From Squalus acanthias (Eukaryota): a stretch of 64,000 nt of DNA. Numbering within the stretch: position 1 is the first letter of the stretch; the number at the start of each line of letters is the position of its first letter. The DNA lies in NCBI GenBank assembly GCA_030390025.1, contig JASTWF010000036.1, positions 930,001 through 994,000 on the forward strand, written 5' to 3'. Shown piece by piece: positions 37,235-50,010 of this stretch. The translations under genes were made by a program, and so were the position numbers. Below the pieces are notes generated by a model, which saw only the letters and a list, made by a program, of their open reading frames with translations, ran no database searches and had not been told where the DNA came from.

Positions 37235-37645
37235 AAAGGAAGAACTTGCATTTCGATAGCGCTTTTCACATCCTCACATCCCAAAGTGCTTTACAGCCAT
37301 TGAAATATTGTTGGAGTGTAGTCACTGTTCTAATGTAGGAAACGCAGCAGCCAATTTGCGCACAGCAAGCTCCCACTAACACCATGAGATAATGAGCAGA
37401 TATTTTGTTTTTGCTGAGGGATAAATGAATCAAGCCATGTGATCTTTTACATCTACCTGAGAGGGCAGACAGGACCTCGGTTTAACATCTCATCTGAAAG
37501 ACGGCACCTCTGATAGTGCAGCACTCCCTCAGCACTGCACTAGAACTGTTCACCTTGATTTTGTGTTCAAGTCTCTGGAATGGGGCTTAGAACCCACAAC
37601 CTTCTGACTTACAGGCGAGAGTGCTGCCAACTGAGCTACAGCTAA
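37235..37645 (-). mobile_element. SacSINE1-like SINE
   Basis: Homology to the other copies. Confidence 0.87.
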
Positions 37646-39063
37646 CTCTTGGTGACTGCGATTCAGTAAAGTGGTCACACGCCTCTCTTTAAAAAGATGA
37701 AGCACTATATTTCTGCACTGTTCCTGAATGACAGTTACTGATGCTGCAATTCTACTGGCAACAATAAACGGACAATGAACTTCTAATTAAATAGTTCGCA
37801 ACCGTTAGAATCATGACTGGCATCTCTCACCACCCATTAACTGGCAAACTCAGCTGGCCTGCCCCTTTAATACCACAAAGCCTAGTCACGGTAAGCAAAA
37901 CACAGCCCAAGGTCAATTTTAACTGCTGTTTGGTGAAGGAAGCTTGCGGATTGGAGGGCAGTTCTGGCTCCAGGTCAGAAAAAAAGCTGCCGAAAATGAT
38001 TGGCTTTCTTACTCCTTTTAATAAAAATACTCTTTTGACTGTCTAAAGCCAAGACAATTGGGACAAAGGTGTTGCGACCACACCATATTTTGCTGGCTGC
38101 CTTACAGTTAATGCTAGCAAACCCTTACATTCATGGCATTGTACATACCAGTATAATGCCATTTACTGCAAGACAAAGAGGAGGAAAAGGGAATCTATAG
38201 TCAATTTATGGAATTGTACGACCTGACCTCATTCACACACTTCCTTCATCCATTACTGAGATATACGTATGTACTTCTTTCTTAATTTTTTTCAAAAAAT
38301 GGCAGTCCCTCTCCATCTAATTTAATAATTGATTAATTCCTACAGCTATATAAACAGATGGCTCCATGGTCTATTAATTGTAACGTGCATGGGCTTATAT
38401 GTCTGGTCAGTCAGATATAATCTGATGGCTGTTAAACTGCTTTGGGCATATATTAGTAAGGCATTTTAAGGTTCGATTGTCTAAATGTTGTCCCTTGGGG
38501 AGAAGACAAAATACTCACTGCAAAGCAACCCATGACAAATTCGACACAAGTCATTAGCATCTGCAGCGTTCATGGTTGTCATACCGTCAGGTTTCGACTT
38601 GGGAGAGCCCGACAGACGAGATGGATTCCACTTGAACCCACGCACTCACTGCCAGTGTCAGCTTGGCCCAGTTGGTACGCCTGTTGGCTCCTGTTGTCAG
38701 TAGATTGTGGCCTCAAGCGGCACTTCAGAACTCAAGCACAGAATCCAGGCAGATGCTCCAATGCATTGCTGTATTGTTGGAGGTGCCATCTTTCAGAGTG
38801 AAAGGTTCAAATCCCTCCATGGCCTTGCCCCTCCCTAACTTTGTAACCTTCTTCGGCCCCACAACCCTCTGAGATCTCTGCGCTCCTCTAATTCTGGCCT
38901 CTTGCGCATCCCCGATTTTCATCGCTCCACCATTGGTGGCCGTGCCTTCAGCTGCCTAGGTTCTAAGCTCTGGAATTCTCCACCTCTCTCCCCTCCTTTC
39001 AGACGCTCTTTAAAACCTACCTATTTGACCAAACATTTGGTCACCTGACCTAATATCTCCTTA

Positions 39064-39172
39064 ATAACAGAAAACGCTGGAAAAACTCAGCAGGCCAGGC
39101 AGCATCCGTGGAGAGAGAAACAGAGTTAACGTTTCAGGTCGAAGACCTTTCGTCAGAACTGGAACAAGGTTG
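39064..39172 (-). mobile_element. Penelope-like terminal-repeat mini-insertion
   Basis: 11-bp TSD ATATCTCCTTA; homologous to 53521-53630, which follows a GIY-YIG fragment. Confidence 0.85.
39124..39160 (-). ncRNA. Minimal type I hammerhead ribozyme motif
   Basis: AGUU-CUGACGA-A-AGGUC(UUC)GACCU-GAAA-CGUU-AACU. Confidence 0.72.
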
Positions 39173-40485
39173 ATATCTCCTTATGTGGCTCGGTGTCAAA
39201 TTTTGTTTGAAAACGTTCCTGTGAAGCGCCTTGGGACGTTTTACTATGTTAAAGGCGCTGTGTAAATACAAGAAAGAAAAGAAAGACTTACATTTATATG
39301 GCGCCTTTCACGACCACCGGATGTCTCAAAGCGCTTTACAGCCAATGAAGTACCTTTTTTGAAGTGTGGTCACTGTTGTAATGTAGGAAACGCGGCAGCC
39401 AATTTGCGCACAGCAAGCTCCCACAAACAGCAATGTGATAATGAGCAGATCATCGGTTTGTGTTACGTTGGTTGTTGTTGTTGTTGCTGCTCAGTGACTG
39501 TGTGACTCCAAATCACCTTTTAATAAGTGTTGTTGTCACGAGCTAACTTTCACAAGGACAGGTTTCGCTTTTAAAAGGGCATTAGGCAGGATCTTTACGT
39601 GCTGTGCCCCCAAACCCAATCCACTGACGCAAATGGATTTTCCTTGACAGAGAGAGAAAGAGATCAGATTTACACGACTAAAAAGAGCCACAGGCAAACA
39701 CGGCATAGAAGAGCTTTAAGGGTCTGCCTTGACGACTTCGAGTCCAGTTGCAGTCACGTTCAGAGTTGAGTCAAAGACGAGCTAAAATAGAGCAAGATGT
39801 TTACAACGCACGTATTTAGCAAGTCTGCTTTGCTCTGCTGGTAAGTCATAGAGCTGTTACGCTGGGCTAAAAAGCAACAGCATGTATCCCACTGTTTGTG
39901 GCTGCTTTCAACTGAGAGCAGCCACAACAGGGGGCAATTTGAAAGTTGGAACACAGCACAAAGGAACTCATCACACTCATCAATTCTGACATCTACTCAT
40001 GGAAATAAACAGCTCAAGGGTGAAGAGGCTGAAAGCCATAGATCATGAGCACCTTTGTTAACCAACGCTCACATACCTACCCCCTTAAAACAGATCCTCA
40101 TTTGAAATATTTAGCAGCAAATGTTTTAGAAGGCGCAACAATCCCCAACTATCATTGTTAACTGCAATATATTAATTAGCCAATAATATTAAACTTCGAA
40201 CACTGCCCAATCTGCTGGTTCAAAAGGATATAACTTAATTAAACGACAGCAGTGTTACTGGTAGCACTTTACAAGAGCTGTGTATTAAATATGGACGGGT
40301 AAAACAGATGAACCGTACATTCCTGCTCACATGCTGCTGATGGTCCAGGGATACCATTGCACTCCAGGTGACCTGAATGACAAGGGGACCACTGGCCTAG
40401 TTATAGTCCAATGTACTTGTGACAAAAAAAAAATCTCATTTAAAAAAAACCAATTGTTGCAGTAAATTCTAACAATTCTTCAACA

Positions 40486-42118
40486 AAGGATATGGTGTTA
40501 AGGAAGCTAAAGGGATTGAAGGCGGACAAATCCCCAGGGCCTGATAACATGCATCCTAGGGTACTGAAGGAGGTGGCCCTAGAGATAGCGGATGCACTAA
40601 GCATGATTTTTCAGAATTCATTAGACTCGGGAACAGTGCCCATGGATTGGAGGGTAGCTAACGTTACCCCACTATTCAAAAAGGGGGGTAGGGAAAAAGC
40701 AGGTAATTACAGACCTGTAAGCCTTACATCAGTTGTGGGCAAAATGCTGGAGTCCATCATTAAGGATGAAATAGCCGAGCACTTAGCAAATGGGGACAGG
40801 ATAGGACAGAGTCAACATGGATTTACAAAGGGTAAATCGTGCTTGACTAATCTATTGGAATTTTTTGAGGGAGTAACTGGTAAAATAGATGGGGGAGAGC
40901 CAGTAGATGTGGTGTACCTGGACTTCCAAAAGGCCTTCGATAAGGTCCCACATAAAAGATTAGCATGGAAAATTGAAGCTCATGGGATAAAGGGGAAAGT
41001 ATTGACGTGGATAGAGAACTGGCTGTCAGATAGAAAACAGAGAGTTGGAATAAACGGCTCATTTTCTGAATGGCAGGCAGTAACAAGTGGGGTACCACAG
41101 GGATCTGTCCTGGGTCCCCAGCTGTTCACAATTTATATTAATGACCTGGATCAGGGAGTCGAATGCAGCATTTCCAAATTTGCAGACGACACTAAACTAG
41201 GAGGGGGGGTGGGCTCAGAGGAGGAGACCAGGAAGCTCCAGAGCGATTTGGACAGACTGGGTGATTGGGCGGATAAATGGCAGATGCACTATAATGTGGA
41301 CAAGTGCGAAGTTATCCACCTTGGGTGCAGGAACGGGAGGGCAAATTATTATTTAAATGGCAATAAATTGGGAGAGGGGGAAGTACAGAGAGACCTGGGT
41401 GTTCTTGTACACCAGTCACTGAAGGCGAGCATGCAGGTGCAACAGGCGGTCAAGAAGGCAAACGGTATGCTGGCCTTCATAGCAAAAGGGTTGGAATACA
41501 GGAACAGGGATACCTTGCTGCAGCTGTACAGGGCACTGGTGAGACCACACCTCGAGTACTGTGTACAGTTTTGGTCGCCTCATCTGAGGAAAGATGTTCT
41601 TGCCATGGAGGGGGTGCAGCGGCGATTCACCAGGCTGATACCAGGAATGGCGGGATTGACCTATGAGGAGAGACTATGTAGTTTAGGGATGTACACACTG
41701 GAGTTTAGAAGATTGAGAGGGGACCTCATAGAAGTGTATAAAATTCTGACAGGTCTAGACAGATTAGATGCAGAAGGAATGTTTCCCTTGGCGGGTGAGA
41801 ACAGAACTAGAGGACATAATTTAAGGATAAGGGCTAAACCATTTAGGACAGAAATGAGGGGGAATTTCTTCACTCAGAGAGTGGTGAACCTGTGGAACTC
41901 ATTGCCACAGAGGGCAGTGTACGCCAGCTCATTAAATATATTTAAGAGGGAATTAGATATATTTCTACAGGCAAAAGGGGTTAAGGGTTACGGAGAGAAG
42001 GCGGGGACGGGATACTGAATTGAAGGATCAGCCATGATCTCATTAAATGGCGGAGCAGGCTCGAAGGGCCGGATGGCCTACTCCTGCTCCTATCTTCTAT
42101 GTATCTATGTATCTATGT
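40486..42118 (+). mobile_element. Young 5'-truncated CR1, sister of 9346-11520
   Basis: ~12 substitutions and no indels over ~1.63 kb; AAAG at both junctions. Confidence 0.98.
40492..42018 (+). CDS. CR1 ORF2 reverse transcriptase fragment (508 aa open)
   Basis: Complete RT motif set, no endonuclease. Confidence 0.92.
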   Translation: MVLRKLKGLKADKSPGPDNMHPRVLKEVALEIADALSMIFQNSLDSGTVPMDWRVANVTPLFKKGGREKAGNYRPVSLTSVVGKMLESIIKDEIAEHLANGDRIGQSQHGFTKGKSCLTNLLEFFEGVTGKIDGGEPVDVVYLDFQKAFDKVPHKRLAWKIEAHGIKGKVLTWIENWLSDRKQRVGINGSFSEWQAVTSGVPQGSVLGPQLFTIYINDLDQGVECSISKFADDTKLGGGVGSEEETRKLQSDLDRLGDWADKWQMHYNVDKCEVIHLGCRNGRANYYLNGNKLGEGEVQRDLGVLVHQSLKASMQVQQAVKKANGMLAFIAKGLEYRNRDTLLQLYRALVRPHLEYCVQFWSPHLRKDVLAMEGVQRRFTRLIPGMAGLTYEERLCSLGMYTLEFRRLRGDLIEVYKILTGLDRLDAEGMFPLAGENRTRGHNLRIRAKPFRTEMRGNFFTQRVVNLWNSLPQRAVYASSLNIFKRELDIFLQAKGVKGYGEKAGTGY

Positions 42119-43392
42119 AAAGCAGCATTGACATTATTGCAGGGAAAACGAACGCCTCAGTTCAGTATTGGCAACGGGCGTCGCTATTTTGCTGCAAACA
42201 AGACAGGAAATCTTGCCTCCAGGTGTCATTCTCATTGCAGTGATGGCGGACGCAAAAGACATGAGGTGGCGATTAATTCTGGTAAGAGTGAGCCGCTGGT
42301 GTCTGAAAGCAATGCCCACCTCCATTCACCTGTGAAAGGTGGTGCCCGAGGCATTTCCCAGGGCTGAAGGGGGTGGTGCAGGGGGGGCGGATTTTCGGCT
42401 CTGAAGCGAGTCACTCGAAAGGTGATGGCCCTCCTCTGGGATCAATTATGTTTCCCTTCAGTGGCACTCACAGCGACTCTCAGTTGGTGAGAGTTTTGCT
42501 GAGGCCTTATAAAGGCCTACAGGAAGGACTTACCAGGAACTCCTGAGATACGCAGCCGCCCACACCGTCCCCCACCCCTGCACTGACATAGGAGAAAGCA
42601 GAAGATGCTCCCATGGCCTCCACTTTTGGCAAATGGCTGGATACAAAAAAAACAGGGAGGGATCCCAGTGGAACTGGATTCTGTCGGCAGCCAATCCACT
42701 TGCTCTCCGCCCTTCCACTACTTCACACTATTTTCCAAGGGGAGAGTGTGTAGCTACTAAAACAACGCCCACACCACCCTGTCAGACTGTTAGTCAGCCT
42801 GCGAATCCTTCCACTGCTTCACACTATTCTCCAAGGGAAGAGGGAGAAGGTGCAAGAAACAACTGGCAAAGATCTGTTACTTCCCTTTGATCCCCATCCA
42901 CTTTTCCCAGTGATGTTATGGGTTAAATCTCGGACATTATCCCATTATCCTCAATATCACTTAGTGGAACACTTCATGTGAAGAAGGGCACACGATTATT
43001 TTGGATGGTAATGAAGGAGCAGATCAGGACTTTGCTTCCCTTCCAACCACGTGACTGCCAAACTTTCATCATTTCTTGCAACAGATTCTCTTTGTAAATA
43101 TTTTATTCGGTGCCTGCTCTTCGACACATTTATTTCTGTATTCCAATGAATAAAACATACAGGGTCAGACCAGAGCGGTACATTTTTGCATCAAAGCAAG
43201 TACAATACAGAGTCAATACTGGTAAGAATGCTTTAGAATGTTCTGGGATCATTCTATCCTGTCCAGCCATTCGCTCAGTAATCTACTTGCTTGGCTTAAA
43301 TTCATAACCAGAGAGGATAGGGCAAAACTAGTTGCACTTTATATACAAGAAAGCAGAAAATGAGAGATCTAACTCTTGCTAAAAGTCTGCAT

Positions 43393-43838
43393 GTCAGCCG
43401 TGGCTCAGTAGGTAGCACACTTGCCTCTGGGTAAGAAGGTTGTGGGTTCAGAGTCCCACTCCAGAGACTTGAGCCTATAAAGCTAGGCTGACACTCCCAG
43501 TGCAGTACTGTCTTTCGGATGAGATGTTAAACCGAGGCCCCGTCTGCTCTCTCAGGTGGATGTAAAAGATCCCATGGGCACTATTTCAAAGAAGAGCAGG
43601 GGAGTTCTCCCCGGTGTCCTGGGGCCAATATTTATCCCTCAATCAACATCACTAAAACAGATGATCTGGTCATTATCACATTGCTGTTTGTGGGAGCTTG
43701 CTGTGCGCAAATTGGCTGCTGCGTTTCCGACATTACAACAGTGACTACACTCCAAAAGTACTTCATTGGCTGTAAAGTGCTTTGAGCTGTCTGGTGGTAG
43801 TGAAAGGCGCTATAGAAATGCAAGTCTTTCATTTCTTT
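43393..43838 (+). mobile_element. SacSINE1-like SINE
   Basis: Head, core and tail, with a small internal deletion. Confidence 0.92.
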
Positions 43839-44017
43839 GCATGCAGTTTCTTTACTAAAATGGAGCAAAGAATCCCACTTCAGAATTCACCAGCCGACGA
43901 TATTCTATTCACTGAAGTAGAAAGTCAAGAATGTTTGCAGTTATATCTCTATTAAAGATTTGCACACGTTCATCTGGTACCTCTCCTGGTTGCTGGTTCA
44001 GGACTTGAGCACATAAT

Positions 44018-44761
44018 GGCCCAGAAATTGATCTCGCTCTGTTCCCGCGGGGGTAAGGCTTCCCCGCGATCTCTCACTCCGCGTGTGCTTTTTCAGATCC
44101 AGCTCGCACGAACTTGATGTTCCAGACATCAGCTGGGCAGTGCTTGCGTATCCCACCGGCGTAGTGAATTCGTGCGAGCTGTGGGATCACGTGACTCAGT
44201 TAGAGCCAATGGCAGCACACCATCTTCCATTCATAAGTTTCACATACGTGCTGTGAAATCTATGAATCTTACACCCCCCCAAAATAACAGCTAAACCTCA
44301 ATTAAATTTAAAAAAAAAACCATCACATTAATAAAATAAGTATAGTTAAATAAATTAACCATTTTAAATAAAAAATTAAATTTTTGAAAAAATTTAAAAT
44401 CTTTTAAAAAGTTATAAAAATAAACTTACCTGTCTTTAAAGTCTCTAAAAAAGATATACCTGTTAAAAAAAATTCAAAAAAATACTTAATTCACTACTTA
44501 CCTTGTTAAAAGTGGGTCTTACTCCTCCTTTTTCCATTTCTAAAATCTTCCGTACTTACCTGCGCGTCCAAAGCACGAAGTGCACAGCGTGCGCGCAGCC
44601 TGTAGCGCGCACACGATGCACCGAGGAACCGCCCCCTTTTCAAAAGACCAAGTGCCGGTTTTCAGCGCATGCGCAGGGCATGCAGAAAACCGGCAATTGG
44701 AGAGAGAATACGCGCGAGTACGCAGTGTGTACTCTCGCGTCGCGGGATGAATTTTTGGCCC
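44018..44761 (-). mobile_element. MITE family A, copy 3 (diverged subfamily), inserted in a SINE
   Basis: GGCCCAGAAATT ... AATTTTTGGCCC; AAT TSD. Confidence 0.9.
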
Positions 44762-44871
44762 AATGTAAGGCAGCACTGAGGGAATGCTGCATTGTCAGAG
44801 GTGTTGTCCTTCAGACAAGCCATTAAACCGATGCCCTGTTCATCTGTTTCCAGCACTCTTCAAAGAGCAAG

Positions 44872-45270
44872 AAAGACTGAACAGGCGGGGGCTCTTTTCT
44901 CTGGAAAAGAGAAGGCTGAGGGGTGACCTGATAGAGGTCTTTAAGGATTATGAAAGGAAGATGTTTCCACTTGCGGAGGAGACCAGAACTAGGGGCCATC
45001 AATAGAAGAGAGTCACTAATGAATTCAGGAGAAACTTCTTTACCCAGAGTGTGGTGAGAATGGGGAACTCGCTACCACAGGGAGTGGTTGAGGCGACTAG
45101 CATAGATGCATTTAAGGGGAAGCTTGATAAACACAAGAGGGAGGAAGGAATAGAAGGTTATGATGATAGGGTGAGATGGAGTAAGGGTGGGAGGAGGCTC
45201 GAGTGGAGCATATGGACCAGTTGGGCCGAATGGCCTATTTCTGTGTCATCAATATTATATAATACTCTGT
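44872..45270 (+). mobile_element. CR1 3' fragment inside an older SINE
   Basis: GLFSLEKRRLRGDLIEVFK. Confidence 0.87.
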
Positions 45271-45849
45271 AAGAGTTGTCACTCAGCCACAAAAAGACTG
45301 CTTGTCGTTCTTTTCGTTATTGTTTACAAGACCTTGTGTGCAAAATGGCAGCCACATTAGTCCACTGAACAGCTGAGAGAAATGTCATGGCATTATCTAA
45401 ATGCAAGTTCTTTGAAATCAAACTAAAATGCAGACAGTGAAATGCTGAGGAATTCCAAAGCAGTATTCAAGGTGAGACCAGAGGAATAAAAAGCAGCAAG
45501 GAGATGTGTGAGGAAACAACCATCAAAAAAAGGCTGGAAAATGACAAAGATTGAAACCCTCTGGAAGAAGGTAAGACTTCCCGACTTGTGGGATGGAGGC
45601 AGGAGGGAAGGAAATGGTGATATTTGTGAATCTTTTTATTCGGTGTTTATTATCCTAACTGTGATAATTCAATCCGTTAGAAACCAAAATTAAATGAATA
45701 CATTGAAACTACTCCTGAACAATCCGATCACCAGTGGGGAATAAAACAAGAGACTGGTAACTGAGGCATGGTAAACATTATCTAGTTGAAGTACTCACTC
45801 CTTAAAGACAAGCCTGGTAACTGATCAAAAGGGATCTAAATCTCAGAGA

Positions 45850-46150
45850 ATTACATCGAATTCCATAGTATTTACAGCACAGAAACAGGCCATTCGGCCC
45901 AACTGGTCCGTGCCGGTGTTTATGCTCCACACGAGCCTCCTCCCACCCCTCTTCATCTCACCCCATCACCATATCCTTCTATTCCTTTCTCCCTCATGTG
46001 TTTATCGAGCTGTGAAATAGTAACACGGAAACATAGGAACAGGAGGAGGCCATTCAGCCCCTCGAGCCTGTTCCACCATTCAATTAGACCATGGCTGATC
46101 TGTACCTCAACCGCCTGTGCTCCATATCCCTTGATACCCTTACCCAACAA
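45850..46150 (-). mobile_element. Two adjacent CR1 3' tips
   Basis: 3' UTR motifs of two subfamilies. Confidence 0.8.
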
Positions 46151-46509
46151 CGAAATCCCTTCTTTTATTCTGTTACTCCTCAGTCTCTCCGCTTAATTAC
46201 AGGGCATATCCCTCAGCTGTTTCTGACCCAATCTGAGTGAAGCACATGGTGCTGACTTGTTTACGCCCAGTTTAATTGGACCAAAAAGGGACGCACTGGG
46301 TGATCCCAATGTTACCGGACAGAAATCAGTGCCACAAATCACACACACACACACTCATCAATGTTCTCTTTAAACCGCACGGCTGTGCAGCTGTCTGGAG
46401 CTCCCGCGCAGGCCAGCTTTACCATCGGAAAAACCGCGCATGTGCGGGAATTTGAATGGGCCGCACAGCCCGTTAAAGGGGCGGCGCACCCCCCAAAAAA
46501 TTAAAGGGA

Positions 46510-46561
46510 ACACACTCAAACAGACAACCACGCACTCACACACACACACACACACAGATCG

Positions 46562-46592
<31 letters not shown>

Positions 46593-46884
46593 GATCGACA
46601 CACACACACACACACACATACAGATCGACACACACACACACACTGACACTCAAACAGACACCGCCACACACGCACACACACTCACACACACACATACAGA
46701 TCGACACACACACACATACAGATCGACACACACACACACACACACTTAAACAGACACCGCCACACACGCACACACACACACACATACAGATCGACACACA
46801 CACACACTTAAACAGACACCGCCACACACGCACACACACACACACATACAGATCGACACACACACACACTTAAACAGACACCGC

Positions 46885-46916
<32 letters not shown>

Positions 46917-47110
46917 GATCGACACACACACACACACACACACTCACACTCAAACAGACACCGCCACACACACACACACACACACACACATACAGATCGA
47001 CACACACACACATACAGATCGACACACACACACACACACACTCAAACAGACACCGCCACACACACACACATACAGATCGACACACACACTCACACTCAAA
47101 CAGACACCGC

Positions 47111-47142
<32 letters not shown>

Positions 47143-47395
47143 GATCGACACACACACACATACAGATCGACACACACACACACTCACACTCAAACAGACA
47201 CCGCCACACACGCACACACACACACACACATACAGATCGACACACACACACACACACTCACACTAAAACAGACACTGCCACACACACACACTCACACACA
47301 CACACACTCACACTCAAACAGACACCGCCACACACACACTGACACTCAAACAGACACCCCCGCATTCACATTCACACACACACACAGACACACGT
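46510..47395. repeat. Compound (CA)n minisatellite
   Basis: CA runs punctuated by TACAGATCGA and CTYAAACAGACACCGC. Confidence 0.96.
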
Positions 47396-47401
47396 ATATA
47401 C

Positions 47402-47806
47402 TTCTTCTTCTTAGGCAGTCCCTCGGAACCTGGGATGACTTGCTTCCACACTAAAAATGAGTTCTCAGGTGACTGATGAGTCCAATGCGGGACCTACAGT
47501 CTCTGTCACAGGTGGGGCAGACGGTGGTTGAAGGGGCGGGTGGGTGGGGTGCTTGGGTTGACGTGCGCTCCTTGTGCTGCTTGCGCTTGGCTTCCGCTTG
47601 CTCCCGGCGAAGAGACTCGAGGTGTTTGGCGCCTTCCCGGATGCTTCTCCTCCACTTTGTGCGGTCTTGGGCCAGGGATTCCCAGGTGTCGGTGGGGGAT
47701 GTTGCACTTTTCCAAGGAGGCTTTGAGGGTGTCCTTGAAGCGTTTCCTCTGCCCACCTGGGGCTCTCTTGCCGTGTCGGAGCTCCGAGTAGAGCGCTTGT
47801 TTTGGG
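47402..47806 (-). mobile_element. RTE-clade LINE 3' end
   Basis: LYSEL..GKR..GGQRKRFKDTLK, WESLAQDRTKWR, C-terminal CPTC...GLISHLRTH; (GAA)n tail; ATATAC TSD. Confidence 0.93.
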
Positions 47807-48587
47807 ATATACACAGATAGACACACACACACACACATTTATCCAGCAGCCATCAATGGACAGTAATCAGGAATGAGAAGTCTGGCTGATTTTGTTTCCT
47901 GCTCTACAGCCCAGGGGCGCTGAGGTCAATCTCAAACTCAGCCTGGGATCATCCTGCTTTCTGTAGCTCAGTCATACATCGTGTATGTACCCACCTAGCC
48001 AGGGGGGACAGCTGTCCCCGCTAAGAACAATGGGCAAATGATGGAACTGATGGTTGGTAAGGCCCGCGTGTCGGACTCAGCTCGCCAGGAGCTCCGCTTT
48101 GTTAATTAATTGAGGTTGATGACCTGCTCGTCACAGGAAGCAATGGATCTGCCGCGGTATCACACACCCATCAGTTCCCTTTCCAAGGTTATCACTGGGA
48201 TTTCAACATTTTCATGCCACCGCATTTGCTTAATTTGCCGTTCATTTATAGAGCACGACACAAGAACAAAACGGTGCTGATTTCATGAGAAAGCACAGCC
48301 GTGTCACTGAGCTGAGTATAGGTTAACATCAGCCAGAAGGCATTTTGTTGAATCTGTTATTCAACGATGGTTCAGATTGTTCAGTTTGGAGGGGGCGGGT
48401 GAGGATGGGGAAGCAAAGTCCAATAGCTGCAGGCCTATTGGGAACCGTGGGGGGGGCGGGGGGGCGGGGGGAGGGTCCCTAAAATACCAAATACCAACTG
48501 TTGAGATAGTAAGTGTGCAGGCTGTCCCAAAAGCACATCTGTGGTACCTATTGTGTTAAATAGTGCATCCAAGCACCAAGGCTTAGT

Positions 48588-48933
48588 GTCAGCTGTGGCT
48601 CAGTGGGTAGCACAGTTGCCTCTGAGTCAGAAGGTTGTGGGTTCAAAGTCCCACTCCAAGGATTTGAGCCCATAAAAATCTAGGCTGACACTCCACTGCA
48701 GTGCTGAGGGAGTGCTGCACTGTCGGAGGTGCCGTCTTTCGGAAGAGACGTTAAACCGAGGCCCCGTCTGCTCTCTCAGGGGGACGTAAAAGATCCCGCG
48801 GCACTTTTTTGAAGAAGAGCAGGGGAGTTATCCCCGGTGTCCTGGCCAATATTTATCCCTCAATCAACATAACAAAAACAGATTATCTGGTCATTATCAC
48901 ATTGCTGTTTGTGGGAGCTTGCTGTGTGCAAAT
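48588..48933 (+). mobile_element. SacSINE1-like SINE lacking the tail
   Basis: Homology to the other copies. Confidence 0.9.
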
Positions 48934-49431
48934 CAGGCGGCCGATCCTGAGACGCATTTCCAGGCCTCTAACTCGACACTTATGCCTCCGAGTCGACAGA
49001 AGGAGGGCGAGTGGGATTTATTTGTAGCTAAAGGGCACGTTCGGGCCAACTGAGGAAGTCAGCACAAGCTTGGCCACCAGCTTCAATCAGAGGCCTCAGA
49101 GACAGCCCTGATTACTAGCCTGTGATGTGTGGAAGCAAGTGGTTACACGGACGGTGTACCTTGAGCTGTAGGTAACAATCCTTCACTTGGATTGGAGGCA
49201 CAATAACATAATGACATGAAAGACTGAAGGGGAGATCCAGATGGTGAAGGCACAGAATTGGTGGTGTATTTTTTTTGCGGGGGTCAGGCCCCAGGACTCC
49301 TTTGGGAAATTAAACATCTTTACACTGAAAATGATGCAACTTTAAGCACTGTTATATTGCACAATTAATTGATTTTTAGTCTTAAAAAACTCAATGACCT
49401 TTGGGCTCTCAACAGACAAATAGACGAATGA

Positions 49432-50010
49432 TACCTCTAGACTTGACTATTCCAACGCACTCCTGGCTGGCCTCCCACGTTCTACCCTACGTAAACCTGA
49501 GGTCATCCAAAACTCGGCTGCCGTGTCCTAACTCGCACCAAGTCCCGTTCGCCCATCACCCCTGTGCTCGCTGACCGACACTGGCTCCCGGTTAAGCAAC
49601 GCCTCAATTTCAAAATTCTCATCCTTGTTTTCAAATCCCTCCATGGCCTCGCCCCCTCCCTATCTCTGTAATCTCCTCCAGCCCCACAAACCCCCCCGAG
49701 ATATCTGCGCTCCTCTAATTCTGCCCTCTTGAGCATCCCCGATTATAATCGCTCCACCTTTGGCGGCCGTGCCTTCTGTTGCCTGGGCCCTAAGCTCTGG
49801 AATTCCCTCCCTAAACCTCTCCGCCTCTCTCTCCTCCTTTAAGACGCTCCTTAAAACCTCCCTCTTTGACCAAGCTTTTGGTCACCTGCCCTAATTTGTC
49901 CTTATGTGGCTCGGTGTCAAATTTATTGTCTTAAAATACTCCTGTGCAGCGCCTTGGGACGGTTTACTACGTTAAAGGTGCTATATAAATACAAGTTGTT
50001 GTTGTTGTTG
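49432..50010 (+). mobile_element. L2 3' end
   Basis: TSRLDYSNALLAGLP...; (TTG)n tail. Confidence 0.93.

Larger units (their letters stand above)
38805..39270 (+). mobile_element. L2 3' end, interrupted by a Penelope fragment and followed by a SINE 3' part (39271-39470, minus)
   Basis: Homology to 49432-50010. Confidence 0.88.

Noticed and set aside
46370..47253. Cys/Val-rich ORFs
   Set aside because: Translations of (TG)n repeats
47474..47500. CTGATGAGTCC...GGAC as a hammerhead core (also CTGATGA at ~25124 and ~58670)
   Set aside because: No correctly placed GAAA or no stem II/stem I pairing
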